Source of the DNA: Phoronis australis
Taxonomy: Eukaryota; Animalia; Phoronida
DNA: 64,000 nucleotides
Direction: 5' to 3'
Assembly (NCBI GenBank): GCA_002633005.1
Contig: NMRA01000032.1
Span: 1,465,999-1,529,998, forward strand
Part shown: one piece after another, positions 24,478 through 37,613 of the stretch
Numbering within the stretch: position 1 is the stretch's first letter
Layout of the letters: each line of letters starts with the position of its first letter
Notes under the pieces: model-generated
Told to the model about the DNA's origin: nothing
What the model saw: only the letters and a program-made list of their open reading frames with translations
Database searches by the model: none
Translations under genes and position numbers: made by a program

Positions 24478-27400
24478 ATGGACGAAAAGGGGACGCCCTG
24501 TTTTCACCTGCATGTATGCATACACTTAGTTCTTCAAGGTAAGACGTTACACTGTTTCGTGACATAGAACTTTTCAGGTAGTCGGACACTAAAACTGAAT
24601 TATCTGAGGGTGCGCTCGGGGTTTCCTACTCGCCTGATGAACTCACCTCTAAAAATCCTCATGTATTCTGTTGTCGGTATGACCAAACTGTCTAGTCTAG
24701 GTCAAACGTATTGAAAAAACAGAAAAAAAATAACGTTAAGTTATTTTGATTTGTTCAACATGTTGTTAAGATCAGATTGGGTATGATTTAAAAAAATAAT
24801 CCCTCACAATTTTGTGATATTTTTTCTTGTAAAGTTTTTGAATATGAAGAAAACATTTGCTTAGTTGGTACTGAAAAAGTAGTACAGTGTGGCGAATACC
24901 GGTAAATCATTTTAGTTCCGATTCGGAAAGCAGCACTCGAATTCTGAGGCAAAACAATCTCTTTCCACGAGATTTTTAACGTGACGTATAACCAGTTAGG
25001 GCCTGTTCATCAAAATAATGCTGTTTTAGATGTGAGTTTTATAACAATGCGTCCCTTAAATTAACCTTCTGATATGAAAATTCACAGAAAATTTGCCATT
25101 ACCATTGCGCCTACCTCACGCTGTCAAATACAATGGCCTGATTGGCTGATTTCTATAAGTCCTATCAATGAGCTAAAAGCTCACTTAAAGAAGAATGCTA
25201 CCCAAAAAGCAACCTATTTTGTATCAATTTAGATCGAGTAGTTCCAATCGATAACAGCAAGTACGATTCTTTTACCGACACATGACGGAAGACGGAGGTG
25301 TTGAAATTAACCAATGACGTCATAGGTTCGAACACAGTCTGTTCAGCAGTTCACAACACGCCTATTGGTGTTAGCTCATCCGTTTAATTCATCGTTTTAC
25401 ACCAATAAATCAACAAAATTCGATGTCAAACCCTTACAAATACATCGAGTTATTGAGTTGTTGTTTAATTTCGTTGTTACGGATTTATAGGTATTGGAAC
25501 GTACCGTAGCCTACAAAGTTCGGTAGGCCGATTTACCAAGGTTGGTCGCGGCAGTTTTGGGCCCTGTTCGGTGATAAATTCGAATTATTGGTTCGTGAAA
25601 TACAAACTGGTGAACATAGATGTGTGTTGTAATTTTAGACTTGCGATTTTTTCAGTTCTAAACACACAAAAACGCTTGTTATCCCTGCCAGTGGCTCGAA
25701 ACCCGATCAGGCCCGTCGCGGCCGGCCTGAAGACATCGCGAACATAAAACAGCCAAAGTCAGAAACTAAACTTCCAGTCACGAAAGGGCTATACTAATGA
25801 GCCAAAGAAATTATGTGCACGTGATTATTTTGGTGAATTAGACTCAAAACTGCAAATCTACTTACTAGCTCGTCAGGGGCCGTGAAGTCAGGTTACCCTT
25901 CCACAGCAAGACCGTCAGGGCAAAAGTTGCACAGTAACAATAGTTCGAATAATGTATATGAATATCTACGTAAAGATTCCCCCTTACATCTGACCATAGG
26001 ATATATAATCGAGATATTGTTTCACAACAGCTTTCTGTCAGCAAACACTGAATTAGCATGCGCTCACACGGCCAACATGTGGAGAATTTCTCGCTTACAC
26101 TGGTGACCGCTCTGATTCCCTAAGCCCCAGACAACTTTTACGAGGTCTATTCAGCACACCCTTTGTATTGATGTAGATTTGAGCTAATGAAGTGGAAAGG
26201 TAATTGCTAGCATTACTGTCTCAACAATGGTTGTTGTTAGTACCCCCAATTTGGTTTTCTCTGACATTTGGAGAGTTATAGCCTGCAACTCTGGAGAGTA
26301 GTTTTAACTTGGTACATTATAAATATTACAAAATGACAAAAAGGTTAACTTGTGTTTATCTTCACAAAGGGCCACTTCCCAAAGGAACGATGTGTTTCAT
26401 ATTGGTTTTCGTTATTTAATTTTTAATGCTTCTTCCCACTTTTTTACCGGGAACGGATTGATAACTTTTTATCTAAGTTTTGAACTTGAAGTATCAAAAC
26501 AGTGGTAGATTTTGATCGCCAACTAAACTTAATTAGTAAAGTTCATTGTGAGCCCATCCCTGAACTTTCCACATTACAGGTAGGCCTACACTAAACATTT
26601 CACGTGTCATTAAAGTTTAATCTTTATTAGAACTCAAATCATAAAATATGTACAAAAGTGCAAATATGGTAATAACCAAACTGAAGATTTGGAATCTCTG
26701 GACAATTTCGGTGGCACTGACTATATAACTATTCTAGCTCTTTGTCAGTAATAAAAAATGAAAAGTGGGCACAACTGTTTCCTGGTCAAAAATCTGGTTA
26801 AACGAGATTGAAAGAATATTAAATTATGAATCCATGTGACATTTTTAACGCTGATCAGCGTTTGTATATCCACCGAGTATATCAATACGCGCGGTAGTTT
26901 ATCTTCAATCGTACCCAAAGGTAGTTTTTAGATTATTAGTTCATCGATTTTTAAAGATCGAATACCGTACTTGGTTGTTTTTTTCAGCTGAATACCGCTG
27001 TGGTGTTCGTTTATAACGAAAATTAGGGGTTAATGTATTTTGAAAATTCGCCATTATTTACATGGTGGGATAATTCCATTTAATTGGGTCTTAATCGCAT
27101 CGGGCAATGCGGTCATCACAACTGTATCTGATTCCGGCGCCGCGCTCTCTTTGATCCTGGAACAAGCCGCTCAGAAGGACGAGCGATGAAAATTCCTGCA
27201 TATCTTTAGAAATGCGTGACTTCCTTGTAAGCGTATTTTTCACGGTATAAAGGTGCACGGTCATTTGGTTTATAGCATCTTTGTTTCGGTTTTATATATT
27301 AAGCAGTGGTTAGGGTGAGAATAATCCATGAAACAGGGCGCACAATAATAAACGTCAACCCTGGCAACTCGGTAATCCCGACTTAGACGAGTGCTCATCC

Positions 27401-30400
27401 GACGACTGAAGACTTCACAGGTGCACAGACAACGGAACATATAATGGATAATTCCGAAAACAGTTTGAATTATTTGTCATGGTGTCAGAGCGCTAACTGC
27501 ACGATAATGGAAACAACTGACGCAAGTGAAACGCCTTATTGGAGAAGCGTAGAATGATTTTGCACCGCATCTAAAAAGAAGTCTGCTTTCGACATTTTTG
27601 GGACTGGGAAAAAGAACTGGCGAAAACATCCTACACCCTGAGGTCCAAACAGAAGCCTGACGAACAAGTAAATCATCAAACAGGTTATATAAGACGTTAT
27701 GCTCTCATGCCTTGTATTAATTGTCATTGTTTATGTTTCTATGGCCAATTATAATTGCCCATAATCAAAAACTGAGCAACAACCGATCCGCGTTGTTTTG
27801 TCTCCTGCCTACCGAACGCCAACACACTAGGCACAACATCTGACTTCATCCTCAGTCTCTTTTTCTGCCCTGGCATGAGCTGTTTGGTAAGCCGGCATTC
27901 GATCGTCAGTGAAATCTCTGCAGACGAAATGCCGGCCACGGACACGGAGAAGTTTCACGGCCTCATACTAAAATTGGTATTACGACGTACCTTTCATTCT
28001 TCACTACTGCGAACCACTGCCGAAGCATTGTGTGCTCTCGAGGAAATCGAAAAAACGATATATCTACTTTCCTCGTAGCTTCATAGTTCGCACAAGCGGG
28101 AACGATACATCACTCCATAGCGGAGCTCACTCTGCAGAAGAACCATTGACGTCGCCGAGTCGTTTCTCACCTTCCTCACAGGTTAACGCGACACCTCTCG
28201 GCGAGGTGAGATCGACCGTATATGAGGTGATGTGGATATGGACCGATTAAGACGGTAAAAAGACCAATTAAATCGAGTGGCATTCTTCTTTAAGCCATTG
28301 GTTCGATCCAACAGCGGTGGAGAGCGTTGAATTCGTTCGAAATTAGCCGAGATTCCAGTGGCGGATTTAGGAGGGGGCCAAGGGGGCCAGGCCCCCTAAA
28401 ATTTTCCCAGATTCCATTTAACCATTTGGGTGTGCGAATGTCTGACGGGCAAAATCCTGGCTAATACTCTGGCCTGCCCCCCCCAACTAGAAAACCTGGA
28501 TCCGCTCCTGGATTCTGCCAAAATACTCTCGTTTGTTTCATTATCAAACTCAGTGGACTGGTGGAGGTTGCAACCGTTTGCTCTCTAATAGTGTACGATA
28601 TACATGTTTCAGCTTTCATGGCCACCGCACAAACAACGAATGATCATAGAGTATCGACTACCACAGCATCATCGAATGACGCAGTGAAGGCCCCGACCAT
28701 GGCAGATTTTATTGGAAATACAACAAACACCGAACTGCACAGCACTAGCTCAAGTTATGGGACCGGTAAGTTAGATAAGATAAAAAGATCTGTTGGTTTC
28801 ACTGAACCATTTACATTTAAGATTTTGAGTCTTTAATTTATAGAGGTGAGCAGTTATCTTTAACATTTCTAAGAAAATATCGTAAAAAACAATAGACGCT
28901 GATTATTGCTTTTAACTTGAATTTGATTACCTGCTACTTTTTCGCTGTCCATTTTTTGTGTGTGCAATGCCGATTGTGTTATCTGTTCACTTGAAATGTT
29001 AATGTTAATTCACAAGTTTCGTTGAAAACACGACATATGTTAATTCATCAATAAAATCTTAAACACAGCCTTTTATCTGTTTACACCATTGAATTTATGA
29101 TAAAGAATGTGTTTAAGGGGTTTCACTAAAATGAGAATGCTTCGTGATTTGCAGCCCATGCACCGCGATTTGCCTTTTGCTGTCAATTTTTAAAGAAATT
29201 TGACGGCATTCAATTTTGCGACCACTTCATGGTTAACCACCAGGAATTCTAAAGTTGAAATTTGAAAAGTCTGAATCAAACCATATTGAAAACTTATTGT
29301 TGATTCTGGTATCTGCCTTTTTGGAAAACTGAATCGGCAATGCGGTATTTTGTTTAGTTGCTCACTATTTCAAAAACGAAATCCCACCTGAGGCGAGTTA
29401 AAATGATGCGGGATTGGCATCTATCCCGGTCTCGGTCGATACGTGGAATAATGTCTCGTGGGATATTACTTGATGTACGCCACTCTCGGTACGTTTTGTG
29501 TATTTATCACTTGTCGTTTCATCAAATCCTACTTACTCCTGTTTACGTGCCTTTGCAGCTTTTCAAACTTGAAAAAAAAAAAAAAAACAAAAAAAAAACA
29601 CAGGACCTCAGCTGAAATTGATAGGGGTGGGCGTTTTAAGTCGGCGAGCACAAGTCTCAAAATGAACAGCGGTGGTAAATCCTAGAAGCAAATTTGTTTT
29701 TTTAGCCTAAAATCAATTTCATCTTGTTTTACACAAAGCAAAGGAAGAAAGGTGTCTATGTCTTTCAAAGTTCACTTTTTCGCTCGTCTTCAGAGAGCAC
29801 AACAGCTGAAAATCTGCTGCCAAGTACGGTGTCAGAGTCTTTCACAACTNACCGGTAAGTTAGATAAGATAAAAAGATCTGTTGGTTTCACTGAACCATT
29901 TACATTTAAGTTTTTGAGTCTTTAATTTATAGAGGTGAGCAGTTATCTTTAGCATTTCTAAGAAAATATCGTAGACGCTGATTATTGTTCTAAATTGAAT
30001 TTGATTACCTGCTACTTTTTCGCTGTCCATTTTTTGTGTGTGCAATGCCGACTGTGTTATCTGTACACTTGAAATGTTAATGTTAATTCACAAGTTTCGT
30101 TGAAAACACGACATATGTTAATTCATTAATAAAATCTTAAACACAGCCTTTTATCTGTTTACACCATTGAATTTATGATAAAGAATGAGTTTAAGGGGTT
30201 TCACTAAAATGAGAATGTTTCGTGATTTGCAGCCCATGCAGCGCGATTTGCCTTTTGCTGTCAATTTTTAAAGAAATTTAACGGCATTCAATTTTGCGAC
30301 CACTTCATGGTTAACAACCAGGAATTCTAAAGTTGAAATTTGAAAAGTCTGAATCAAACCATATTGAAAACTTATTGTTGGTTCTGGTATCTGCCTTTTT

Positions 30401-33400
30401 GGAAAACTGAATCGGCAATGCGGTATTTTGTTTAGGTGCTCACTATTTCAAAAACGAAATCCCACATGAGGCGCGTTAAAATGATGCGGGATTGGCATCT
30501 ATCCCGATCTCGGTCGATACTCGGAATAATGTCTCGTGGGATATTACTTGATGTACACCACTCTCGGTACATTTTGTGTATTTATTGTCGTTTCATCAAA
30601 TCCTGCTTAATCCTGTTTACTTGCCTTTGTAGCTTTTCAAACTTGAATAACAAAAAAAAAACACAGGACCACTCCTGAAATTGATGGGGGTGGGCGTTTT
30701 TAGTCGGCGAGCACAAGTCTCAAAATGAACAGCGGTGGTAAATCCTAGAAGCAAATTTGTTTTTTTAGCCTAAAATCAATTTCATCTTGTTTTACACAAA
30801 GCAAAGGAAGAAAGGTGTCTCTGTCTTTCAAAGTTGACTTTTTCGCTCGTCTTCAGAGAGCACAACAGCTGAAAATCTGCTGCCAAGTACGGTGTCAGAG
30901 TCTTTCACAACTGAAGGCAGGACGAAGACCACGGCTACCTTGATGATGGTTTCCAATTTGACCAGTACGCTTACGACAACAGCCGTAAGTACGGTTTCAA
31001 ATTCAATAAACACAACGTCGGAAAAATAGATTACATGGCAAACGCCAAAGCAGAATCCACGAATTATTTTTGAGAATCTTGAAATTCATTCGACATTCGA
31101 TTTATTTTTACACCTTAAATACACATTTGAATATCAAATAATAAGTGATAACCATAAACAAGTTATGTAATCAACAATTAATGACCCAGAATGGCGCAAC
31201 ACATGATAAATATAGATACTAGTTACATAAGGTATTTAAACAGTAACTGAGCAATGATAGAATGCGCTAACATGAACAACATTTGCCAGTGATGTCCGAA
31301 CAATAATTAAAGTCCCAATGTAACCAATTTTGAAGGTTTTCAAAGACAAACAGAGGAATTTTTAATTAGACCAATTCCGATAAAATTGATCCCAGTTTGT
31401 GTTTCATAAGAGATTAGATATGGCTTCAGCACTTGGGAAGAACTGAACTGTTGCGGGAGATTACCGTCATTTTATGCACTGAAAGCAATATGGCCGTACA
31501 GCTATAAACGACTTTGAGTCAAATGGAGAAAGGCTGATTCCGTTACTAAAAGTTGGCGAATGTACTATTGATCTTGCGATAAGATTGTTTATTTAGTCAA
31601 AACTACACATTGTAACTCAGTGAAACTACACATTTTCTGAATGTTAAATACCTCTAGAATTTGCTTTTTGATATTTTATCAATCTGCCATTAATTGGATC
31701 GCGTGACCATGTATTTTCAGTAAAATTTAGGAAAACGGGAAGGTATGCCAATACTGAAGATATGATATCAAAACATGACTAAATTTTGCCTAATACAAAT
31801 GTTTAATATGAAATCTCAAAAATGCTCTTACACTTCTGAATTATCATTTCATTTTCTCATTATGCAACTTTTATTTTTCATAAAAATCACGAAAATGTGA
31901 TTATCATTGATAGGGCACCCAAACGAAAGTGGCACATTTTGGAAATTGTTCCTAATAGCTTTTTAGAGAACAGAACGTAATGCACAGTATCCGAGACTTT
32001 TAAAAGAATCCGATCGTCCTTTTTTGAGTTATAACGTTCCGACGACATTTGCCTAGGATCCCCATATCAACCGCTACCGTGCTTGCTATGCGTTTTTGCC
32101 ATTTATGTAGTGCTAAGCCATAAAATGCTACACTCTTTTTGTCATTGATATCCATGTTAAAAATTATATCCCTGGAAGGGTGATACGGCAGAATTGGTGG
32201 CAGGAGGAAGTACGTCACTTGTGCACTACAGCTGCGACATCTAGTAGGCCAGTTGCTACTTTTTTAAGCAATTGCTACAACCAAAATAAAAAGAGTTGAC
32301 AGGCATTAGTCCAGTACATTTCAAATGCCTTTATGTCATGCAATTAATGCATGTATAACCTCTTTACTTATAATGCATGTAGTTCTCGCGTTACAGGCGT
32401 TACTTTAAGTTAAAGATAGAAAACACAGGAAACGTTACATTAGCTGCAGATCTACATGTACCTGTTTATGATTAGGGCTTCGTTTCATGAAAAGTGACTT
32501 TCGACTTACTAATTTGGTCTCCAATGGTCCACACAACTATTTCTGAAAATCTGTCTTGAGCGAAAGTGCTGAGAAGATTTATAAAACTGCTAATAATTGA
32601 GACAATTTCTACTTATTATTTTTAGACTGTGATCCACTCGTAACTGCGTGGTAGCAACTCTGAAGTGAGAACCCGAGACCTAATTTCTGCCTTAAGTTTT
32701 AAGTCATTTTCATGAAACAGGACCTTGGTCTGAAATGAACCAATAAGAACTTCGGGTAGAATAAAGTCAAAACGTAGTGCAACAATAACTTTAACTGATT
32801 TCACGTTGAATTGTAATATATTACATATAGTATTCATAATAGCTTTGAAGCATAGAATTATTGTCGTTGTCCTTTAGTTCACATTCGCTAAAACTCCTCG
32901 ACGTACAATGCGATTTTAACTTCTTGTTTTTCACAGATTTCCAAACACGCTTTACTTTTTGTGAAATTATCGAAGAAAATGTGAGAAGAAATTTATCGCT
33001 ATATTTTGATAGAATTTGAGACCATGTCACTGTATATTGTATGAGGAAAAGGTGATAAGTTCTCTCCGATTCTAGGTAGGCCTAGTGAGTGCACTGACCC
33101 CGCACAGTCAATACCTGACCAATACCATGTCAGGGAATCGAGTAAAAATGTATCTTAAACAAAACCAAGTGTTAAAAAACCTAAAACACCACTTTCACCC
33201 CCCTTCTTTTGTTTATATCTCCCGGGCGATACCACCCGGCGGTGGGACAAACAGGGTCAAATTCGAGACGAAACCCGTATTGGCTTCCAATTCTGATTAA
33301 GTCATGACAGAGCCTCCCTGGCCGCAATGGTTGAAAAAATAACGATTTGGTTTCAAGTATGATATATCAGTGGTGTTTTCTTCCAGACGCTTGTTGGATT

Positions 33401-33593
33401 TGGCCTCGGAGACACTTCAGAGATGACAATTGGCCTGGCGATAGGATTTGGATCATTCGTTCTCTTCATCATGCTGTTGTGCGTTTACTGGCACTGTTGC
33501 TGCGACCACAGTCGAAACAAAGTAGCCCCCCAAAGCTTTCACGACGTCGTCAAGGGAAATGGAATGGAAACACAAGAAACGGTGATGGACTGA
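24478..33593 (+). CDS. Orphan mucin-like single-pass membrane protein, ~182 aa; exons 24478-24538, 28613-28765, 30857-30984, 33387-33593 (probable upstream exon ending at 23944)
   Basis: Phase-compatible GT-AG exons: putative signal peptide MDEKGTPCFHLHVCIHLVLQAFMATA, two Thr/Ser-rich exons with NTT and NLT sequons, TM helix IGLAIGFGSFVLFIMLLCVYW, juxtamembrane CCC, tail SRNKVAPQ...ETVMD*. Start exon is less certain. Confidence 0.72.
27810..28118 (-). pseudogene. Decayed THAP zinc-finger domain, probably a DNA-transposon remnant
   Basis: ME*CIVPACAN...SFFRFPRE...RQWFAVV, then RVRGRHF..RDF (Cys to Arg in the RVCSxHF motif) and MKSDVVPSVLAF (AVPTIF box). Contains an in-frame stop and frameshifts. 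Confidence 0.8.
28356..28510. mobile_element. MITE, CAGTGGCGG family, 5-bp TSD GATTC
   Basis: CAGTGGCGGATTTAGG...CCTGGATCCGCTCCTG flanked by GATTC; reverse-complement homologue of 17994-18147. Confidence 0.88.
28762..30912. repeat. ~1.07-kb tandem duplication (28762-29849 vs 29851-30912) joined by a single N
   Basis: Both copies run ACCGGTAAGTTAGATAAG...GAGTCTTTCACAACT with scattered SNPs and indels; N at 29850. Confidence 0.9.
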
Positions 33594-36440
33594 GGAACCA
33601 AACCAGAATCGTCCCCTGAAGTAGTAATATATGATTTATCATCTCTCTGCGAAAGTTTGGTGCTGAGATCGAAGCGAACTGCAACGACCTCTGTTATTAG
33701 GAATGTTCGTCTGGCACACGAACTGACTGTGCGAATGTAACGGCGTACTTTCTTACTTGGTTACTGACAGATATTTACCAAAGAGTGATCAGTACGATAT
33801 CGAAAACGGTTAAAACTGACTTGGAACCGGGCAAACGTTTCACAATCAATCCGAGTAAGAACTCCGTGTACGATCGCATTTTTGAGCTCTGTTGTCCATT
33901 TCTATCTGTCCGCAGCCCGCTCCATTAAAATCAGTTCTCAGTCTCGGATGTTGGTTTTAAGCGATATATCTGCCTTCTGATCAGACGTCTTTCTACCATC
34001 TCATCAAATTTTTTCTCATTTGCACAAGGTTAGAGTTGTACCATGATAGACGCACATACTAAGGCTGTGTACAGTCGACGAATGCGGATACCCCATCGGG
34101 CAAAACGTTAAATCGTGAGCGGTCTAGAAAAGTCCACGATACTTATACCGCGCCAGGTTCTGATGTGAATCCTTTTATAAAAAGGCAGACAGGACTTCTC
34201 ACCAGAAGGCTGCTAAAAACAAGCTTACGTAAAATCCGTCTTACTGGTAATAGAAACATTATTTTAAAAAATGCTAACATTCTGGCTAATCACTAGCGAA
34301 TATCATGGGCGAAAAAGGCACAACTACATTGGAAGCAGGCTTCTATGATAAAAAGGCAGGTCTACCGTCTGATTTGAAGTAGAGGCGATAAGAAGGCAGA
34401 TGAGAAGAGAGATGAGCGTTCACATGCAAAATTTTTCAGATGGCGAATCAGAAAGGTGGGCAAAATTTTGATGCCTGACGAAACTTGTTAATGGCGATCG
34501 GGAGCAAGAAACTTAAATTTGATGAGGACTGGGGAGCCGGAAGTGAATGTAGATCAGGAGAGAAGCCGTCGGCCGACGCAAACGACTGCCGTATTCACGC
34601 CTGCATACGGATGTGCGTGAAGCTAGATTTGTAACTAAGAGCATGTGCCTATAATGTGAAACAATTGAACAAAACTGACGAGTAAATTTATTATATAATG
34701 AGACCAAAGCTTATCTATTCCGTTGCTAAATGGTAGACTTTGACATGTAATGCTATTAATAAATATACTAAGAACGGACAAGAAAAAACATGAAAAACAC
34801 CCTCTTTGTGACTCGTACATACAATACGCGGGATTGCTGCGTTTGCCTGTAGAACTAAGCACACGCACGCATGGGAGACACACGATTCAAATTTCATAGA
34901 ACCAGCGTATCATTTCAGGTATAGGCGCATTTACCAAAAAGGCACATATAAGGCAGAACTATTCTAAAGCGGATATTTTCGTATATCAGTGCATGGGACA
35001 TATTATACGCGGATTTACGGGACGCATACAAATTGGTCAACAAAAACAACGCGATTTTTTAGTTAGCCACTGCCAGTTGAAGTTGTGTAAGTACAATGTA
35101 TCAAATGGTGAATAGACTTGTTTATTTGTTGATAGGAAGGGGACTTAAATGACCGCAGTTCTAGAAAAAGTCAAAGAGTGCGCTGGATGTAAATAAGGAC
35201 ATATTGCAAAAATCGATTCATTTCGGAAGAAAGTGCTTCGTGATAGCCTTTTGTAAGATTGAGATACTAAAAGCACACACTGGGAAATGAAACATGCAAG
35301 GGCAATTAATTACAAAACTAAATGAGACGAGCGCATTGTAATTGGTTTTCAAATTTAATGCAACTGAAAACGAGAAACATGTGTTTTGTTCGATTAGTGT
35401 ATGTGGTTGACAGTGATATGATGTCGTGCATGAGAAATAAGGGGAAAAGTTCACTTGTAACCTATAGACGTCAATAAAGACTAAAATTCCTCGTTTATAT
35501 TCACTAGAGATGTATGCAATTCAGTATTAATGGTCCCATTACTAAAATATTCATTTTGTATTTGAAAAAAAAAACATATTGATAACTACGGAAAACCAGT
35601 CGAGGTTAAATCCGTAGCCCAGACGCGGGGGGAAATATTGTGATTTGTAGACCTTTTCTTTCGTTCCTCAACACTACGTCACCAGTTCTTCCCCCTGTTG
35701 TCGCAGTTTCTCTCCTAGTTTACCTACGTCACAAATCCACAGTTTAAAATGAAAGGATACAATTTTCATTATGCCCCGTGAGGGTTCTGCACAGGAACAA
35801 ATGTGTCTTAACTCGATCTTAGTGTCCTTCTGCTGCCACAGAAAGGAATTAATTTTGTCGTTTCAGAAGTGGAGTCAAAGAACCAGTGCATGGGCGGACA
35901 TTTAATTGCCGATGCGTGGGGGAAGTATTCGCAACCGTGGCACTCCCTGGGGCGAATACCAACTTCTATGCTTGGACGAGTTATTTATCTTATGCATTTG
36001 AAAATGTCATAAAAAATAGACAAACCAGCTCATAAATCGTTTTGTAGTTGGAAACTCATTTCATGCTTGGCTCATCGAGTATTTCTTGTCTGAGAGGAGG
36101 AATGATGACTCACTTTGAACAGCTATAGAACAGTGTGCGTCAGCGACATTACTCTTAAAACATATTCCGTGCATTCGAACTCGTGCCTTTCAACCGCTTC
36201 GATCCACAAAAGTGCATGCAAGTAACATAGCAATCCTAATCTTATCTTCTTTGCTCAGTATAAGTTTCATGGCGATCATAAAGTGAATGTTCATTTTACC
36301 CATCCTCGACTTTTCTGGTACGTTTCAAAAATAAAGATTTACCAGCTCCCGACACATTTGTTCATAAGAGACAAGGTGACGTTAGTAACGGACGACAATG
36401 AGAACATTGAGTTTCATCGGCAGTAGCTCTTAACATAGGT

Positions 36441-36684
36441 TAGATAAAAAAAAATAATTGCAGGCGGTCTGGTACACGTTTTACCAGACACAGGCTGCGC
36501 ATATGGGCCCATTGCACTGATCACCTGGAAATATTTTTGTGCTTTATTAATATATAGTTAAAACCGAGCTGAGGAACTAGAAACCTGACTCAAGGGTCTA
36601 GCAGTGTAGCCCAGTGGGACTCGAACCCACGACCTCGAGTAAAGAAGGCGGACACCTATCACACTAGGCCCACACTACCTCCTC
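36441..36684 (-). mobile_element. tRNA-derived SINE with 10-bp TSD
   Basis: On the minus strand, A-box-like TGGGCCTAGTG and B-box GGTTCGAGTCC, then a non-tRNA body and T-rich tail. TAACATAGGT duplicated at 36431-36440 and 36685-36694. Confidence 0.85.
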
Positions 36685-37613
36685 TAACATAGGTCAAAGG
36701 CCAGTAAAAGATCACGACCTCCTTACATGACATTTTTTATTCCACTATAAGATCATATTTCATTTAGTGTGAACTGGATATTACAAAATAATCCTCTTAT
36801 TAGCAAAGTTTAATTGGTACACTCACAGTGGAAAAATTTGCGGCTCACAGCAGCTACACTACTCTTTCCCAGGCGAGCTACTAGTGTGCTGTACATGTGG
36901 CCCGGTTAAATAGGTAGTTCTTCGCATCCAGTTTCTGTAATTAGACGATTGGAACACCCTCACCACTAGCAACGTGCGACCACTCGATGAAAAAAAAAAC
37001 TCGTTTGCTGCCTCTTTTACTGAACGACTTCTACGAGGCACTGTTATTTTTATAACCGTTCTTTATTGTACATCTGAACAAATTACCTGAGCGCACCTTG
37101 AATCGGATTAGCGTCGAGCATACTGACGTCACGCGAGACATTTGAAAAAATCTAAATTCTGTCTACCTTAATCGTAATCGCCCCCGGTTTCCGAAAAAAA
37201 TTCGGGCAACACGACAAACCAAATAGTGCTATTTCCGAGTTAACTTCAGAAATTAAAGACAAAGACTCTTCATTTATAACAAGTCTAATCCACGAGCTTA
37301 GTTTGTACTGCGCGCAGAAACATGTTTCGGAGTAATGTCGAATGTTTACGTCGTCATGTTTCGCCAAGATATGACCAACAGTATCAAGTGTTATCGAGGT
37401 TACCGGATATTGTTTTGAACGCATGAGTATCATGTCATTGTAAATTAGCGTGCAGTATTAACAGTAGTGATATAATATCTGTCTTGTCGGTGTTTACCGT
37501 TGAAATAAATCGGAAACTAGGTGGAATAGTGTATTTACAAATGGACTTAAAAGCCGCCGCAACTGTTACAGGTAGCAGCATTTATTTCACTGGTTGAACG
37601 AAACGGAAGCATC

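Noticed and set aside
29358-30678. Paired ORFs MLTISKTKSH... suggesting a duplicated gene
   Set aside because: Intronic sequence repeated by the 1.07-kb duplication; the copies differ by a frameshift and lack ATG starts.
36600-36684. tRNA gene
   Set aside because: Has A/B boxes but no convincing full cloverleaf, continues into a non-tRNA body and is flanked by a TSD, so it is a SINE head.
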